A stretch of DNA of 63,793 bases, the filler included, from Phoronis australis (Eukaryota; Animalia; Phoronida), in the NCBI GenBank assembly GCA_002633005.1. It is 6 parts of 6 records of this genome, joined end to end, with 100 filler letters (N's around TTAATTAATTAA, not from the genome) between each part and the next. Parts side by side here need not be neighbours in the genome. Positions count along the whole stretch, not along the records: positions 57,285 to 63,793 come from NMRA01001498.1; 5 more parts are not named here. One strand, given 5' to 3'. Within the stretch, counting starts at the first letter, position 1, and each line of letters opens with the position of its first letter. The translations under genes and the position numbers were made by a program. Of the stretch, positions 61,153 to 63,793 are shown piece by piece. A model generated the notes under the pieces. That model saw only the letters and a list, made by a program, of their open reading frames with translations. It was not told the origin of the DNA and ran no database searches.

Positions 61153-61159
61153 CAGGTCA

Positions 61160-63560
61160 TTCGCTTGCCCTTGCTCCACTGTCCTTCATTCAAAGTCCTG
61201 TTGCCGACCCTGTGCCACATTGAACATGATGAAATCCCTAACCGTTTCAGTACCAGGCAAAGCCCAAACGTCAACCTCGTCGACGTCATCGTTTGATTTG
61301 CATATTCACAATTTAATCTGCTGTATAGGGCCAGTAAAGCAGATTACACCGAGGTAATTCGAACGTGCATATTGCCTTTAAGCACAAGTCTCACACCATC
61401 TCGTTGTAAAGTAGCGTAACTGGTAGCGGAATGGACCATACAAGCAGAAAGACAACGAACGCATCCGTCTTAGACCCGAGAGAGTACGCTGTTTCGGGGC
61501 GAAAAGTGCCGCATTCCGAATACATACTATAAAAGGGAGGAAGGTATAGATACATGTGGACTTACAGCAGGAAAATGTTGCGAAGAACATAAAGAACGCC
61601 ACCTCATGAAGCCACGATGTCTAAGTTGCTCTTCAAACCTAGACAATATGTTCCAGGCCACAAACTCCCATGAGGCTGTGAACCAAACGTGGTAAGAAAT
61701 GGTATTGATAGATCCACAAACTTTCTATTTGTCCATACCTACAGTGTTTTTGAGAACGTCACCTGGTGGTGCTTACAATAAAGGACCAAGTTGGGTTGTC
61801 CTAGCTCGTTTTGCTTAAAGCGTTGTTAAACCCGTGCTTTCGTCGGTCAAAATTAAGTTTTGATTTAGGTCACTTGCCATTACGAGATTGGTTTCAGTTC
61901 GTTCTTTAGTCAAATTTTGAGTTCACTTCGACTCCGTAAGGACTGACAGTACCTTATTGCATGACCTGAAATTTTGCAAGCTTGGTCATTTCTTCCCGAG
62001 CCCTGCAGAGAACATATCTAAACGGAGAAAGTGACCTAAACCATAACTTGTTTTCTGACAAAAAGCTCAGGTTTAATGCCGCTCGAAGAAATTGTATTCG
62101 TGTTCACACGGAGGTAGAGTCTTAAGACTGATAGTCTGTGGTGGGATTTGGTTGTAATGAACTCTTCGTCGGCATTGCAAAGGCGAGTTTGATTAAAAAG
62201 ATAGTCAACACTGTTCCATCAATTCTCGTTCTGCATGCTAATGTGCCGTAAGTGATAAGCGCAGGATTCATCTATCCATTGAGTTACAGATTTCGGAATG
62301 GATATGGCTCTTGGTGTCTGGTCTATCTCAGACCATTAGAAACTCGGCTCGTTCCATGGCACCTGATAATTCGTCAACTAGGCGTGTACACATACATTTC
62401 CCGCATTTTTCAAGAGGCTTGTTTGTGGACTATGACCTGAAGTCGTAAGTTATATTGTGTGGAGTGCACCAATTATCGCGTTAGTACCTTTATGGCAAGA
62501 AAACGTTGGCAAAAATAGATATATTGTGGACTGGTGATTTTCCAGAACTGTTTGCCGTCTGGAATTGACTTCCTCGTGAAAAATCAACCGAAGTACACGT
62601 AATACGACATTACGGCGTTTTCCCGTTGCTCCCAACTTGTTCGATTCTATAGCCCAACAAGTTTGGAAGATGACCCATGTAGCCAATATCTTACACGACT
62701 GATTAACTCCGTTCTGGCATTTGACGGTTGTAGGACCAGCTCTCTTTTGTTCGATAATTGCTCTCCAATAAGATCGTATCTAGCCTGACTAGGTGGGCTG
62801 TGTTGTTAAAAATAAAAGTTGAGTTACAACATATTTGAATACAAACCAATAGCATTTCTGAAATCCTCGTCAAATAGTGACCATGTTTAGTTTTTGAATC
62901 GCCAAAATCCTCCGACTACAACCGAAGGTACGACAATCTAATCTTTCCAAACGTACCAATTCGCTCAGGGTTTGACTGTGTTCACAGGGGGTCTGTAATA
63001 CGCCTGGTAGATAATTGGCCTGCCTCTTGTCATACCAGACAAAAGACTGTGCTTGGCAATTAACAAAGAAGCTAGAAGTTATCACACGCTCACAACCCTC
63101 TACGTCTGGTTAAGGTCACTGAACGAGAAAACGCCCGAGTATATGCCTCGGTCCTCTGGTATCTCCTGAAGAATGGTTTTAATACTTCATTGAATTGTAG
63201 TAGATGATTGGTCTCGGAGTCAAGATGTCGGACACACGGTCACGGGAACGCTTTACAATGGATAAGATTGATGCCTTGGTTAGCTTTCAGCTCTAAAGCG
63301 TAGGTCACGCATGCGAGTTCAGCAGACGTAAATTTTCACGTTTGCTCAATACATTTGAACGTGGACAGGGATTCCAGAGCATTTTGTTTGAGAAAGATGA
63401 ACGGGGAAGTGGTTGTTAATATGTTAACAGTGAAGAGTTAAATGTCTGTGTGAAAACAAAGCATCTTAGCAGCCTAAAATCCGGCCGATGACACGAAAAC
63501 AGGACAGAGATGCAAACCTAAAGTGATGACGGCTCTTGTTAAGAAGTTAAATTTAATGTC
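61160..63560 (-). pseudogene. Decayed intronless LRR / Toll-like receptor-like gene
   Basis: Frameshifted minus-strand peptides LELKANQGINLIHCKAFP*PCVRHLDSETNHL, SQTLSELVRLERLD, FNNTAHLVRLD, LNLSFLSENKLWF and KFVDLS fit LxxLxLxxNxI repeats. No TIR domain seen. Confidence 0.45.
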
Positions 63561-63793
63561 CTTTCGAAGACTGTAATGAACGCCTACGGTGGTTTCGAGC
63601 AGACCATACCTTTCGTAGGCATCGCTTTGAGAAGCTGTCTCAGGTAATGGAAAAGATATTTTTTTTATTTCTATGGAATAGTTTGTCCACGACTATACAT
63701 TTTACTCTTCATAGGCTATCATGTCCTCCTCTGTGTAATGTGGTGGAAATGCTTGTGGAGTACAAGCAGTTTTTCGCCCTAGTTATCCTCACT

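Overview
Eukaryotic genomic DNA, AT-rich and full of introns and transposable elements. It comes from an invertebrate animal, probably a marine lophotrochozoan or mollusc (inferred from gene content and repeat types). The window is six segments joined by five artificial 100-nt spacers (N44-TTAATTAATTAA-N44), plus one plain N gap, so adjacency across spacers is not trustworthy. Genes I spliced by hand: (1) a complete 8-exon, 319-aa Xi-class glutathionyl-hydroquinone reductase (YqjG/ECM4 family, +, 1133-12038); (2) a 3'-truncated (>892 aa) CCR4-type EEP nuclease/phosphatase with a histone-H1-like SPKK basic head and a very long acidic disordered tract (+, 17847-26299); (3) two N-terminal exons of exportin-6 (+, 30699-32295); (4) a putative unrecognised His/Cys-rich gene (+, 39410-42937); (5) meiotic recombinase DMC1 lacking only its last coding exon (-, 48089-54628), with a GC-AG intron directly next to a U12-type minor intron; (6) decayed LRR/Toll-like receptor-like relics (59430-63560). 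Mobile DNA includes decayed hAT elements and MITEs with unusual 5-bp and 6-bp target-site duplications, Harbinger MITEs, a pogo/Tigger relic with a PHD finger and nested LINE tail, a piggyBac inside a Helentron-type (HINE) repeat, Kolobok-like ends, a Penelope fragment with a hammerhead-ribozyme relic, and minisatellites. No CRISPR array, rRNA or tRNA was seen.
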